Shown here piece by piece: positions 9,917-19,171 of a stretch of DNA of 64,000 nucleotides. The notes under the pieces are model-generated. The model was not told where the DNA came from. It did not search any database and saw nothing but the letters and a program-made list of their open reading frames with translations. The stretch's first letter is position 1, and each line of letters starts with the position of its first letter. The position numbers and the translations under genes are program-made. Source of the stretch: Dehalococcoidia bacterium (GTDB lineage Bacteria; Chloroflexota; Dehalococcoidia; Plut-88900); NCBI GenBank assembly GCA_965197645.1, contig OZ240219.1, positions 544,001 to 608,000 on the forward strand, read 5' to 3'.

Positions 9917-10210
9917 GCAAAACAAAATCCCGTCCCATGAGGGACGGGATCATCGGCTACCCGCGGTACCACCCTTTTTGCCTCGATCGTATCGGGGCCA
10001 CTTACCAGGACGGGCTCCGGCATGTCGGAACGCGTCCAAGCCCCTTCAACGGTGGGCTACTCCGGTCGCATCTACTCCTCCGACAGTGGTCGGGGTTTCC
10101 GGCGACGGCTCGGGAGGGATTTTCGGGCCGGGGCATCGCGTCTGCTTCCACCTGACCAGACTCTCTGGGCGAGCCTTCCGACCCTACTCTTCTCCGTCTG
10201 CGCCTTTGTA
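9917..10210 (-). promoter_or_regulatory. T-box riboswitch, Ile specifier (AUC), with intrinsic terminator
   Basis: On minus strand: stem I with AGAGA and GGUGGAA motifs, GAAA-AUC specifier, AGUA, T-box AAGGGTGGTACCGCG, terminator ATCCCGTCCC-TCAT-GGGACGGGAT-TTTGTTTT. Confidence 0.93.
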
Positions 10211-10248
10211 CAGAATTCGGTTTGTCTAATCCGGCGCCCTTCGGCGGA

Positions 10249-10512
10249 CTAGGCCGGCGAGGGGGCTTCCAGCTTCTCCTTGATCGCCTCTTTGATCTCC
10301 GCCACGTCGGGGAAGCGGCCCGTCTCCAGCTTGGAGAACACCGTCTCTCCGTTGATGCGAAATTCGAACTTGCCCTGCGATGCGGTTATTATCGTGTACG
10401 ATGCGATATCGTAGTCGTATTCCCGCATTACCTCTTCCGTCAGACTGACGGCTTCCGGCAGGTAGTTTCACAGGGTGCAGTATTCGAGCTCGACGTTCAG
10501 TTTCTGCTGCAT
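10249..10512 (-). CDS. SelW/SelT/SelH-like (Rdx family) selenoprotein, CxxU
   Basis: Not in ORF track. MQQKLNVELEYCTL-TGA(10470-10468)-NYLPEAVSL...GKFEFRINGETVFSKLETGRFPDVAEIKEAI; 87 aa; GGAAGGA RBS; hairpin after the UGA. Confidence 0.92.
10429..10464 (-). promoter_or_regulatory. Putative bacterial SECIS hairpin
   Basis: TACCT...CCGTCA-GTC-TGACGG...AGGTA starts 3 nt after UGA; G-containing apical loop 22 nt after UGA. Confidence 0.65.
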
Positions 10513-10693
10513 CTCTCGGACTTTCCTTCCTGCAGTTGCCCCGCTTTTCTCGAAGCGATTCCTCCAAAAGGCGAAGCACATTATACGTCACACACAGTTC
10601 GTTGTGAAGTTGTGCTCAAACCAGGCGTCTCATAGACCCGGAAACCGACGCTCCAAAACGGGACCGATAGGCGTCGAGCGGCCCCCTGTTTTC

Positions 10694-10722
10694 TTGATGC
10701 CCGGTGTGCCCTATGCTATGAT
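10694..10722 (+). promoter_or_regulatory. Sigma70-type promoter of ybeY-dnaX operon
   Basis: TTGATG-17 nt-TATGAT with TG extension. Confidence 0.55.
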
Positions 10723-10767
10723 TTCAACACCGTTTCACCCTTTGGAACCATCTATTGCGCCTCTCTC

Positions 10768-11271
10768 TTGACTAGCCTGAAACAGTTGCAACTCGACTTG
10801 CTCGTCCGTCCTGATTATCGTGGAAACGTGGACGAAAGCAGGCTGGAAGCGATCGTCCGGAAGACGCTGCGCCGGTACGATCTTCCCGCACCTATCGAGG
10901 TGGGCCTCGTGATCACCGACGACCGGGAAGTGGCCGATCTCAACCGGCGCTACCGCGGGAAGCAGGGGACCACCGACGTTCTATCCTTCTCTACGAACGA
11001 CGAGTCGGCAACCGATGAGGACTTCGTCTCTCCTCCTGATGGCGTCAATCCGCTGGGCGAGGTGATAGTTTCCTACCCCCAGGCTGAGAGACAGGCTCGG
11101 GAGCATGGCCACTCCACGGAGGAGGAGGTCACTTTTCTGATCGTTCACGGCCTCCTCCATCTCCTGGGCTACGACCACGAGGTGGAGTCCCAGGCCCTGA
11201 TCATGAGAGAACAGGAAACGGCGGCTCTGGCGGACATTGGAATAGACCGGGCGACGTTGAAGATAGGTTAG
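10768..11271 (+). CDS. ybeY: rRNA maturation endoribonuclease YbeY
   Basis: LNRRYRG...TDVLSF, HGLLHLLGYDH. Confidence 0.95.
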   Translation: MTSLKQLQLDLLVRPDYRGNVDESRLEAIVRKTLRRYDLPAPIEVGLVITDDREVADLNRRYRGKQGTTDVLSFSTNDESATDEDFVSPPDGVNPLGEVIVSYPQAERQAREHGHSTEEEVTFLIVHGLLHLLGYDHEVESQALIMREQETAALADIGIDRATLKIG

Positions 11272-11276
11272 GACCC

Positions 11277-12983
11277 ATGCCCTCGGAAGTGTTGTACAGA
11301 AAATGGCGACCCCAGGCCCTTTCGGACGTGGTGGGTCAGGAGCACGTTACTCAGACCCTGGCAAACGCACTGGCCCAGGAGCGCGTAGCCCACGCCTACC
11401 TCTTCTGCGGCCCCCGGGGCACCGGAAAGACCAGCACGGGCCGCATACTGGCCAAAGCGATCAACTGCCAGAAGAACGGCCAGGGTGAGCCGTGCAACGA
11501 TTGTCCCATGTGTGCGGCTATAACCGGCGGCAGCGCCCTCGACCTGATTGAGATCGACGCCGCCAGCAACAGGGGCATCGATGAGATCCGGGACCTGAGG
11601 GAGAAGGTGAACTTCTCTCCCTCCGATGCCCGGCGCAAGGTCTACATCATAGACGAGGTCCACATGCTGACCGATGCCGCCTTCAACGCCCTTCTCAAAA
11701 CCTTGGAGGAGCCGCCAAGTCACGTCATCTTCATACTGGCCACCACTGAGGCCCACAAGCTACCCGCCACCATCGTATCCCGTTGCCAGAGGTTCGACTT
11801 TCGCCGTATCTCCAGGGCATCGGTGGAGGAGAGGCTCCGGGTCATCTGCGAAGACGAGAAAGTGGATGCCGATCCATGGGTGCTCACGCACGTTGCCCGC
11901 TCCAGCGACGGCAGCCTGCGGGATGCGGAGAACCTGCTGGAGCAACTCGTCGTGTACTACGGCGAGAAACTGGAGCCTGCCCAGGTCCGGCACCTCCTCG
12001 GCATCTCTGCGGACATGCCGTTGCAGGAGTTCACCTCCAGCCTGCTGACCGGCCGGGTGTCCGAGGGACTCAGGATACTGAATCGAGCGAGAGACCAGGG
12101 CGTGGACCTGCGCCAGTTCCAGAGGGAACTCCTGGAGCGTCTCAGAGGGCTGATGATGGTCAAAGCCGGGGCCGAAGACCTGCTGGACCTACCCTCCGAG
12201 GAGCTGGCCGACGTCAAAACGCTGGCGCCGGACCTAGATTTGAGGGAGATCACGGCCGCCGTGCACCTGTTCGGCAAGCTGGACCTTCGCTCAGACGCAC
12301 AGTCCTCCCTGCCGCTGGAGACGGCGTTGGTGGAGTACTCGCTCACGCTCAAAAAGGCCCCGGACCAGGCGCCGAAGGGTGCTGAACCGACGACTGTCCC
12401 CGCCGAGGATCCGGTATCCCCACCAGCACCGCCGGCCGCAGTTGCACCGACGGTGGTACCGGTGGACCCACCCGTTCCGCCGCCTATAGCCGTACCGAGG
12501 GTGGTCGAAGCCGCTCCCGCCGATGAAGTTTCTGGGCCTGAAGCCGGAGAGGCCCCCGGACCTGAAGCCGGAGAGACCGATCAAAAAGCAGCCCCACCGA
12601 AACCGGTGCCGGTCTCCAGCATCGATACCTTCCGGTCCCGGTGGCCGGAGCTGGTCGACGCGCTCAGGGGCGTGGGTTCCAAGGGCAGCCTGGACGCGCT
12701 GCTGCGAAACGCCTGTGAACCGATCTCGGTGGAGGGCGAAACCCTGGTGGTAGGGTTCTACTACCCCTTCCACAAAAACAAGATAGAGGACCCCAAGTAC
12801 CGCCACCTGGTGGAGAAGAAGGTCAGGGAGGTATTTGGCGCTCCGTACCGCATCCAGTGCGATTTAGTCAACAGAGATGAACGCCAGCCACCGGAGCGCC
12901 CGCGGGCCCGCGGACCACTGGTGGAGGCGGCGTTGGAGATGGGAGCGGAGATCGTCGATGCCGGTTCTCAAAGAGCCGATTAG
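11277..12983 (+). CDS. dnaX: DNA polymerase III subunit gamma/tau
   Basis: LYRKWRP, GPRGTGKTS, zinc cluster, IIDEVHML, SRC; Pro-rich linker. Confidence 0.97.
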   Translation: MPSEVLYRKWRPQALSDVVGQEHVTQTLANALAQERVAHAYLFCGPRGTGKTSTGRILAKAINCQKNGQGEPCNDCPMCAAITGGSALDLIEIDAASNRGIDEIRDLREKVNFSPSDARRKVYIIDEVHMLTDAAFNALLKTLEEPPSHVIFILATTEAHKLPATIVSRCQRFDFRRISRASVEERLRVICEDEKVDADPWVLTHVARSSDGSLRDAENLLEQLVVYYGEKLEPAQVRHLLGISADMPLQEFTSSLLTGRVSEGLRILNRARDQGVDLRQFQRELLERLRGLMMVKAGAEDLLDLPSEELADVKTLAPDLDLREITAAVHLFGKLDLRSDAQSSLPLETALVEYSLTLKKAPDQAPKGAEPTTVPAEDPVSPPAPPAAVAPTVVPVDPPVPPPIAVPRVVEAAPADEVSGPEAGEAPGPEAGETDQKAAPPKPVPVSSIDTFRSRWPELVDALRGVGSKGSLDALLRNACEPISVEGETLVVGFYYPFHKNKIEDPKYRHLVEKKVREVFGAPYRIQCDLVNRDERQPPERPRARGPLVEAALEMGAEIVDAGSQRAD

Positions 12984-12995
12984 GGAGTATACGTA

Positions 12996-13316
12996 ATGGC
13001 GATGAACCGACAGATGCGGCGGCAGATGAAGCAGATGCAGGGGCTTCAGGACGCTCTAGCCAAGGCCCAGGAAGATCTGGATGAGGAGACTGTAGAGGCC
13101 AGCGCCGGTGGGGGAGCCGTGACCGTGGTAATGAGTGGGCAGCAGAAGATACGCTCTGTCAAGATATCGCCCGAGGTGGTGGACCCCGAAGAGGTGGACA
13201 TGCTGGAAGACCTGGTAACGGCTGCCGTGGGCGAGGCCATCGAGAAGTCGCAGAGCCTGGCCTCGGAGCGCATGGGCGGCCTGACCGGCGGCCTGGGCCT
13301 GCCGGGACTCACGTAG
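12996..13316 (+). CDS. ybaB: YbaB/EbfC nucleoid-associated protein
   Basis: ASAGGGAVTV...DPEEVDMLEDLV; located between dnaX and recR. Confidence 0.95.
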   Translation: MAMNRQMRRQMKQMQGLQDALAKAQEDLDEETVEASAGGGAVTVVMSGQQKIRSVKISPEVVDPEEVDMLEDLVTAAVGEAIEKSQSLASERMGGLTGGLGLPGLT

Positions 13317-13331
13317 GGACGGGACCGTAGG

Positions 13332-13937
13332 ATGACCTCATCGCCGACGGCGCCAGCCGTCGCCCGTCTGATAGAGGCTTTCAACAAGCTTCCGGGCATC
13401 GGGCCGAAGTCGGCCCAGCGCCTCACTTACTATCTCGTTCGAATGCCGCCGGAGGAGGCGCGCTCTCTATCCGAGGCGATTCTCGCCGTCAAAGACCGGA
13501 TATCCTTCTGCTCGGGGTGCCAGAACATCACCGAATCGGACCCCTGTCCTGTCTGCAACTCCCACAACCGGGACCGAAGCCTCATCTGCGTCGTAGAGGA
13601 GCCGTTGGACATACTGCCCTTGGAGCGATCGGGTAAGTTCACCGGGCTATACCACGTACTCCACGGGGTAATCTCGCCCATGAACGGTATCGGCCCGGAG
13701 GATCTGAAGATCAAGGAGCTGCTGCAGCGGCTCAAGGACGGCGAGGTAACCGAGGTGCTCCTCGGCATCAACCCCAACCTGGAGGGCGACGCCACCTGCA
13801 TGTACCTCAACGGCCTCATATCTCCCCTGGGCGTCCGGGTAACCCGCCTGGCCCGGGGTCTTCCCGCCGGAGGCGACCTGGAGTACGCCGACGATCTGAC
13901 CCTGGCCAGGGCCATCGAGGGACGCCAGCCAATTTAA
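13332..13937 (+). CDS. recR: Recombination protein RecR
   Basis: LPGIGPKSAQRL, C4 zinc finger, YHVLHG, Toprim domain. Confidence 0.97.
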   Translation: MTSSPTAPAVARLIEAFNKLPGIGPKSAQRLTYYLVRMPPEEARSLSEAILAVKDRISFCSGCQNITESDPCPVCNSHNRDRSLICVVEEPLDILPLERSGKFTGLYHVLHGVISPMNGIGPEDLKIKELLQRLKDGEVTEVLLGINPNLEGDATCMYLNGLISPLGVRVTRLARGLPAGGDLEYADDLTLARAIEGRQPI

Positions 13938-13951
13938 CGGTACAGTGCACC

Positions 13952-14785
13952 ATGCCGAAACCCCGTGTTTACAAGACGGAGGCTGTCGTTCTGAAGCATA
14001 CCCTGCTGGGCGATGCCGATAAGATTCTGACCCTCTATACCCCCCACCTGGGCAAGGTGCGGGCCGTGGCCAAGGGAGCCAGGCGAGCCAAGAGCAGACT
14101 GGCCGGCCACATCGAACCGCTGACCAGGAGCGCCATGTTGCTGTCGCAGGGACAGAACCTGGACGTGGTGAGCCAGAGCGAGACGATTAACGGTTTTCTG
14201 GGTCTCCGCGAGGACCTGGAACGCACGACTCTCGGTATCTATGCCGCGGAGCTGGTTGACCTGTTCACCCTTCAGGACGACGCAAGCCCGTCTCTCTACA
14301 ACCTGTTCCTCATCACCCTGGAGGCGCTGTGCAAAGCAGCCAACCCCGCCATGGTCATCCGCTACTACGAAACCCGGCTGCTGGACTCCCTGGGGTTCAG
14401 ACCGGAGCTGAACGCCTGCATCTCCTGCCGGAGCCCGATGGGGCAGGAGTATACCTACTTCAGCGTTTCCGGGGGAGGCATCGTGTGCTCCGGTTGTCGT
14501 GGGGGAGAGGCCTCGGCTAGGCCGATCTCCCGGGACGCACTGGAGGCCTTTCGATTCGTCCAGCGGGCCGGCCTGGAGAACGTTCAAGACCTCACCACCC
14601 CTGCCCCTCTGTCCCGGGAGCTGGAGGTAACCCTGAGAGAGTACATCCGCTACCTACTGGAACGAGATGTCCGGTCGACGGGGTTCGTTGATACCGTTAG
14701 GAGACAGGTGCACCTTAGTGCCGAAGGACCCGCAGCCGCATCCCGTCCCGGAGGCCCCGGCACTGCCCGTAAGCGCCCGAATTGA
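13952..14785 (+). CDS. recO: DNA repair protein RecO
   Basis: DADKILTLYT...GKVRAVAKGARR, CISC...CSGC zinc finger. Confidence 0.93.
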   Translation: MPKPRVYKTEAVVLKHTLLGDADKILTLYTPHLGKVRAVAKGARRAKSRLAGHIEPLTRSAMLLSQGQNLDVVSQSETINGFLGLREDLERTTLGIYAAELVDLFTLQDDASPSLYNLFLITLEALCKAANPAMVIRYYETRLLDSLGFRPELNACISCRSPMGQEYTYFSVSGGGIVCSGCRGGEASARPISRDALEAFRFVQRAGLENVQDLTTPAPLSRELEVTLREYIRYLLERDVRSTGFVDTVRRQVHLSAEGPAAASRPGGPGTARKRPN

Positions 14786-15960
14786 TAGCTAAAGCCCTTC
14801 TAGCGGTCGTACTTGCAAGCGTAGTCCTGGCATCGGCCTGCGCCTCCGACGGGGACGAGGAGCCGACAGCGGACATCAAGGCCCTGGTGCAAAGGGCCGT
14901 GGCCACGGCGCTGGCGGACCTGGATCTAGATACCTCCACTTCCGCACCTGCTCCCCGAGCGAGTCCGGCCCCCGATAGCGTGGTCCAGGAAGTCTACAGG
15001 CAGGTCAACCAGTCGGTGGTGCACATTACCACCACCGCCTTCACCGAAGACTTCGCCATGCAGGTAGTGCCTCAAGAGGGCTCAGGTTCGGGGTTCGTGT
15101 GGGACGAGGAGGGCAGAATAGTCACCAACAACCACGTGGTTGAGGGCGCCGAGATCATCGAGGTGATCCTGGCCGACGGCACCGTCCTAGAAGCCGAGCT
15201 CCTCGGCGGGGACCCCAACACGGACCTGGCCGTTATCCAGGTGGACGCGCCCGCCGGCAGTCTCGTGCCGGTGCCGGTTGGCGACTCCAGCCAGCTTCAG
15301 GTAGGCCAAATGGCCATCGCAGTGGGGAACCCCTTCGGGCTGGCCAGAACGGTAACGACCGGAGTGGTCAGCGCCCTGGGACGAACTCTGAGGGCCGATA
15401 ACAACCGGTTGATCATCGACGTGATCCAGACCGACGCAGCCATCAATCCGGGCAATTCCGGCGGCCCCCTTCTCAACTCCTCGGGCGAGGTGATCGGGAT
15501 AAACACGGCTATCTTCAGCCCCGGCGGCGCAGGATCGGTGGGCATAGGGTTCGCCGTACCGGTGAATACCGCCAAACGCTGGGTGCCGGAGCTGATACAG
15601 TTCGGCCGAGCGCGCCATCCCGCCCTCGGCATATCGATTCTAGACGTGAACAACCTCCTAGCCGAGGCCTTGGGCCTCTCAGTGGACCGGGGCCTGCTGG
15701 TCCAGCAGGTGGTTCCGGGAGGACCGGCCGACCAGGCGGGGATAAGAGGTGGTGACCAGTTGACGCAGATCGGCAACGCCCAGCTGCTGGTAGGCGGAGA
15801 CATTATCCTCTCCCTCGATGGCCGGGCCCTCATTACCCGGGACGACATCACCACCTACCTGGACGCCAACACCTCCGTGGGCGACGAGGTGGAAGTGACC
15901 CTGGTGCGGGACGGCGAAGAGATGACCATATCGTTGACGCTGGGAGAGCTGGGCGGGTAG
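14782..15960 (+). CDS. Second HtrA-like serine protease with PDZ domain, probable lipoprotein
   Basis: VTNNHV, DLAVI, QTDAAINPGNSGGPL; lipobox-like LASAC. Confidence 0.92.
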   Translation: MIAKALLAVVLASVVLASACASDGDEEPTADIKALVQRAVATALADLDLDTSTSAPAPRASPAPDSVVQEVYRQVNQSVVHITTTAFTEDFAMQVVPQEGSGSGFVWDEEGRIVTNNHVVEGAEIIEVILADGTVLEAELLGGDPNTDLAVIQVDAPAGSLVPVPVGDSSQLQVGQMAIAVGNPFGLARTVTTGVVSALGRTLRADNNRLIIDVIQTDAAINPGNSGGPLLNSSGEVIGINTAIFSPGGAGSVGIGFAVPVNTAKRWVPELIQFGRARHPALGISILDVNNLLAEALGLSVDRGLLVQQVVPGGPADQAGIRGGDQLTQIGNAQLLVGGDIILSLDGRALITRDDITTYLDANTSVGDEVEVTLVRDGEEMTISLTLGELGG

Positions 15961-15987
15961 CCGGACACTGCTACTCCAGCCCCGGCC

Positions 15988-16353
15988 TTACGCTCCCCCA
16001 CCTTCGTTCAGCGTCACCGTCTCTCTGACCCACGCCGCAAACTGCTCCCTGTCTATCTCCTCCATGCTCCGCACCTTCACGTGGCGCATTTTGGCTCCCG
16101 TGCCCTCTATGCGGCCCGTCGGGTCGGTCAGGTTGGCCCCGTTCCACAGACCGAGGGTCACATACTTGTCGGACATCGAGGCTATGTACACCACCCGACC
16201 GCTCTTTTTCTCGTAGCACGGGTTCCCCCACTTCACGGTCTCGGAGAGCTCCGGATCGGTCTCCAGCACCAGCTCCCTGATCGCCTGCGCTATCCTCCGC
16301 TGCTGGGCGCTGCGGCCTGCCAACCATTCGTCGACGGTCTTTTTCCCTGCCAC
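15988..16353 (-). CDS. DUF1801 (YdhG-like) protein
   Basis: ETVKWGNPCY...LTDP.GRIEGTGAKMRHVKV pattern. Confidence 0.85.
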   Translation of the reverse strand: MAGKKTVDEWLAGRSAQQRRIAQAIRELVLETDPELSETVKWGNPCYEKKSGRVVYIASMSDKYVTLGLWNGANLTDPTGRIEGTGAKMRHVKVRSMEEIDREQFAAWVRETVTLNEGGGA

Positions 16354-16515
16354 GTCGATGCTCCTATTCCGGGCGGGAAGCCCTTGCGGGGTCTACTTTA
16401 TCAAACCCGGTGAAGAGGGGCGCCTGCGGCTCCGAGCGCTCGTCCTAGACCAAATTGCGGCGCCTAACGAACGGAGGTTATACTGGTGAGTACTAGGACG
16501 AGGCCGATCCACATC

Positions 16516-18738
16516 ATGGACAAGACCGATCTCATAACCAGGGCCGAAAAGTACCTACCCACCGAAAAGGTGGCCGTCATCGAGGCCGCCAGCGACTTCT
16601 CTGCCGAGTGCCACGAGGGCCAGTTCCGGCTGTCCGGCGAACCCTACTTCCAGCACCCTCTCCGCACGGCTATAACCCTCTCCGATTTGAAGCTGGACAC
16701 CACCTGCATCTGTGCCGCCCTGCTCCACGACGTCATGGAGGACTGCGGAGTCACCAGGGAGGAGCTGGACGAGCGGTTCGGGATGGAGATACAGCGGCTC
16801 GTCGATGGCGTGACCAAGCTCACCCGGCTGGAAATCCAGTCGATGAGGCCGGCCTTCTCAGGCGATAACGGAGTCAGCCACTCGATAACCCAGGCGGAGA
16901 ACCTGCGCAAGATGCTGGTAGCCATGGCTGAGGACGTTCGCGTAGTCATTATCAAGCTGGCCGATCGGCTTCACAACATGCAGACTCTCCGATTCCTGCC
17001 CAGGGAGCGCCAGCTCAGGAACGCCCGCGAGACCCTGGACATCTTCGCCCCTCTGGCCCACCGGCTCGGCATGGCTGAGATCAAGTGGCAGCTGGAGGAC
17101 CTCTCCTTCCGGTATCTGCAACCCCAGAGGTACAAGGAGGTCTCCAAGCTCCTCACTCACAAGAGGCAGGAGCGGGAGCGGTTCATCTCCAGCCTGACCA
17201 AGACGGTAAAGACCGCCCTGGCCGCAGCGGGAATAGATGCCCAGGTCACCGGCAGGCCCAAACACATATACAGCATCCACAAGAAGATGGAGAAGTACTC
17301 GGCCCAGGGCAAGGAGTTCGACCAGATATACGATCTGCTAGCCCTCCGGGTCCTGGTGGACAAGGTGGCGGACTGCTACGCGGCTCTCGGAGTGGTCCAC
17401 AGCCTCTGGCACCCGGTCCCCGGCGAGTTCGACGACTATATCGCCAATCCCCGCCCCAACAACTACCAGTCGTTGCACACCTCGGTGATGGGCCGGGGCG
17501 GCGTGCCGTTGGAAGTGCAGATCAGGACCTACGAGATGCACAGCGTCGCCGAGTACGGCATAGCCTCTCACTGGCGCTACAAAGAGGGCGCCAACGGCGA
17601 CGCCCAGTACGAAGAGAGGATGGCGAGGCAGCTCCAGGACTGGCAACTGGAGGTGGCCGCCGCCCAGGAGTCCCTCGATTCTGAGAACGACGAGATGGGC
17701 GCCCGGGAGTTCATCGAATCGGTCAAGACAGATATCTTCCCGGACAGGGTGTTCGTCTACACCCCCAAGGGCGAGGTAAAGGAGCTTCCCACCGGGGCTA
17801 CGCCCATAGATTTCGCCTACCGGATCCACACGGATATCGGCCACAAATGCGCCGGGGCCAAGGTAAACAACAGGCTTGTGCCCCTTAACCACCAGCTCCA
17901 TAGCGGCGACACCGTGGAGATCCTCACCAGCAGCAAAGTCTCCGGTCCCCGGCTGGACTGGCTCAACCGGAACCTGGGTTTCGTGCAGACCGCGGGAGCG
18001 CGGCAGGCGATCCGCCTGTGGTTCCGGCGCCGGGAGCGGGACGAGAACGTGCAGCGGGGCAAAGAGCTGATCCAGAGGGAGATGAGACGCCTCGCCCTCG
18101 ATACCCCGGTCGAGGAGATCGCTCAGCAGTTCTCCTACTCCACGCCCGATGACTTTCTGGCCGCGCTGGGGTCCGGCGCCGTCACCATTCACCAGGTCAC
18201 CTCCCGAATGCTGCCTCCCTCCAGGCCGAAGGAGCTGGAAGCGTTGGCCCAGACCTCGGTGTCCAGGACCCCGGCATCGGTCAAAGTGCTGGGCACCGAT
18301 GACGTGCTGACCCAACTGGCCCGGTGCTGCAGCCCCCTGCCCGGCGATGAGATCAAGGGCTTCATCACCCGCAGCCGGGGCGTTACCATTCATCGTAAGA
18401 GCTGCCACAACGTGGTCAACGAAACGGAGAGGGAGCGGCTCATCGACGTCGAGTGGGGCGCCGCCGCCCAGCTGTACCCAGTGGTCGTCAAGCTGGAGGC
18501 CACCGACCGGGTCGGCCTCCTGCGCGATATCACCACCATAGTGTCGGAAGAGAAGGTAAACATACAGGGCGTCGTAACCGAGGTCATGGGAGACGGCACC
18601 GTGTCCGAGTACCTCAACCTGGAAACCAGCGGAATAGGCCAGCTTAGCCGGATCCTGTCCAAGCTGGAGCAGGTCAAGGGTGTCCTAGCCGTAGCCCGAA
18701 GCGATCAGGGCCTTCCCCTCAAGCAAGAGGTCAGGTAG
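16516..18738 (+). CDS. rel: Bifunctional (p)ppGpp synthetase/hydrolase (long RSH)
   Basis: HEGQFRLSGEPYFQHP, LLHDVMED (intact HD), KLADRLHN, YQSLHT, EVQIRT, TGS and ACT domains. Confidence 0.96.
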   Translation: MDKTDLITRAEKYLPTEKVAVIEAASDFSAECHEGQFRLSGEPYFQHPLRTAITLSDLKLDTTCICAALLHDVMEDCGVTREELDERFGMEIQRLVDGVTKLTRLEIQSMRPAFSGDNGVSHSITQAENLRKMLVAMAEDVRVVIIKLADRLHNMQTLRFLPRERQLRNARETLDIFAPLAHRLGMAEIKWQLEDLSFRYLQPQRYKEVSKLLTHKRQERERFISSLTKTVKTALAAAGIDAQVTGRPKHIYSIHKKMEKYSAQGKEFDQIYDLLALRVLVDKVADCYAALGVVHSLWHPVPGEFDDYIANPRPNNYQSLHTSVMGRGGVPLEVQIRTYEMHSVAEYGIASHWRYKEGANGDAQYEERMARQLQDWQLEVAAAQESLDSENDEMGAREFIESVKTDIFPDRVFVYTPKGEVKELPTGATPIDFAYRIHTDIGHKCAGAKVNNRLVPLNHQLHSGDTVEILTSSKVSGPRLDWLNRNLGFVQTAGARQAIRLWFRRRERDENVQRGKELIQREMRRLALDTPVEEIAQQFSYSTPDDFLAALGSGAVTIHQVTSRMLPPSRPKELEALAQTSVSRTPASVKVLGTDDVLTQLARCCSPLPGDEIKGFITRSRGVTIHRKSCHNVVNETERERLIDVEWGAAAQLYPVVVKLEATDRVGLLRDITTIVSEEKVNIQGVVTEVMGDGTVSEYLNLETSGIGQLSRILSKLEQVKGVLAVARSDQGLPLKQEVR

Positions 18739-18769
18739 AATAGCCCGACCATAAGAAGCGAGCATTAAC

Positions 18770-19048
18770 TTGGCAAACTCTAAATCGGCCGCCAAATCGG
18801 CCCGGGTAACCCAGCGCAAGACCGAGATCAACCGGAGGGTCATGGTTTCCCTCAGGACCTTCGTCAAGAAGGCCGATACCGCCATCAATCGAGGCGACGT
18901 GGGAGAGGCCCAGAAGTCCACGCGACTGGCCATCGAGAAGCTGGACCGGGCCGGCGCCAAGGGCTACATCCACCACAACACCGCATCCCGCACCAAGTCG
19001 AGGATGATGGTGCGCCTCAACAAGATGATGGCCGAAGCCACCTCCTGA
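18770..19048 (+). CDS. rpsT: 30S ribosomal protein S20
   Basis: MANSKSAAK...KGYIHHNTASRTKSR. Confidence 0.95.
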   Translation: MANSKSAAKSARVTQRKTEINRRVMVSLRTFVKKADTAINRGDVGEAQKSTRLAIEKLDRAGAKGYIHHNTASRTKSRMMVRLNKMMAEATS

Positions 19049-19171
19049 CCCCTCACCACCCCACGGCAACGCCTCCCTGGCTTTAGTCCCGCACCGGATC
19101 CTGAGCCAGTCTCCGTAACCCGCCACGTTCTTGAATGATTCTGATCCCGCTCGGGGTGCCGGAACCAGCCG

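Noticed and set aside
9852-10252. Plus-strand ORFs over the ileS leader
   Set aside because: The region is explained by the T-box riboswitch.
10226-10591. 121-aa minus-strand ORF
   Set aside because: Wrong frame; the real gene is the UGA-containing Rdx protein at 10249-10512.
12537-12575. Short duplication in dnaX (GPEAGE twice)
   Set aside because: In-frame duplication in a disordered linker; common and uninformative.
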